Below are positions 63,690-64,000 of a stretch of DNA of 64,000 nt, piece after piece. Numbering within the stretch: position 1 is the first letter of the stretch; each line of letters starts with the position of its first letter. Made by a program: the position numbers and the translations under genes. A model generated the notes under the pieces. The model was not told the origin of the DNA, did no database searches, and saw nothing but the letters and a program-made list of their open reading frames with translations. Where the stretch lies: the NCBI RefSeq assembly GCF_009914755.1, contig NC_060942.1. One strand, given 5' to 3'. Origin of the DNA: the human T2T-CHM13v2.0 reference genome, Homo sapiens.

Positions 63690-63950
63690 AAAGGACTGGG
63701 GAGATTTGGAGAAGGTTTCATAGAGGTGATGATATATGAACTGGGTCTTCAAGTAGGAGTTTTCTTCATGAAGAAAGGAGCAAAAGCTATCCCATCCCGA
63801 GAAAGCAGCTTGTTTAAATGCAGAGTCAAGAAAGATATGGAGTGTTTGAGGAGAAGTTGGAAGTTGAAGGTAATTAAGCACAACAGTCAGTCAATGGATA
63901 GAGTAGTGAAAGATGAAGTTGGAGAAGTAGGATGCAGTAGATTGTAGAGC
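63690..63950 (-). mobile_element. L2 fragment
   Basis: ggagaaggtttcatagaggtgatgatatatgaactgggtcttcaag...gatgaagttggagaagtagg. Confidence 0.65.
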
Positions 63951-64000
63951 GACATACCAATTAATTAGAGATTCAAAATATAATTGAGGTACATGATTAA

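Overview
Human (primate) genomic DNA, apparently intronic or intergenic. A 5'-truncated L1Hs with human-specific 3'-UTR diagnostics indicates Homo sapiens. I found no supportable cellular protein-coding exon or RNA gene. The only ORF-track entries with recognisable protein are L1 ORF2p remnants; the rest are Alu read-throughs or chance ORFs. The window is dense in transposable elements: many ancient MIR/L2/L3 copies, nested old L1s, about ten Alus, MaLR/ERV solo LTRs (MLT1, THE1, LTR2, LTR33 and others) and DNA transposons (Tigger2, MER58B, MER3, MER5A, MER91A, MER94). Between them lie repeat-free, motif-rich stretches that look like candidate enhancers. I cannot support a new biological system here. 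The most interesting signals are: an L1Hs mixing pre-Ta and Ta-1 diagnostic bases; a ~60-bp templated copy placed 1.24 kb from its source; a twin-primed inverted L1PA7 missing ~1 kb; two Alus stacked at one target site; a HAL1-like ORF1-only LINE; and a PBX/MEIS/FOX motif cluster. Subfamily names come from recalled consensus sequences, and boundaries of old repeats are approximate.
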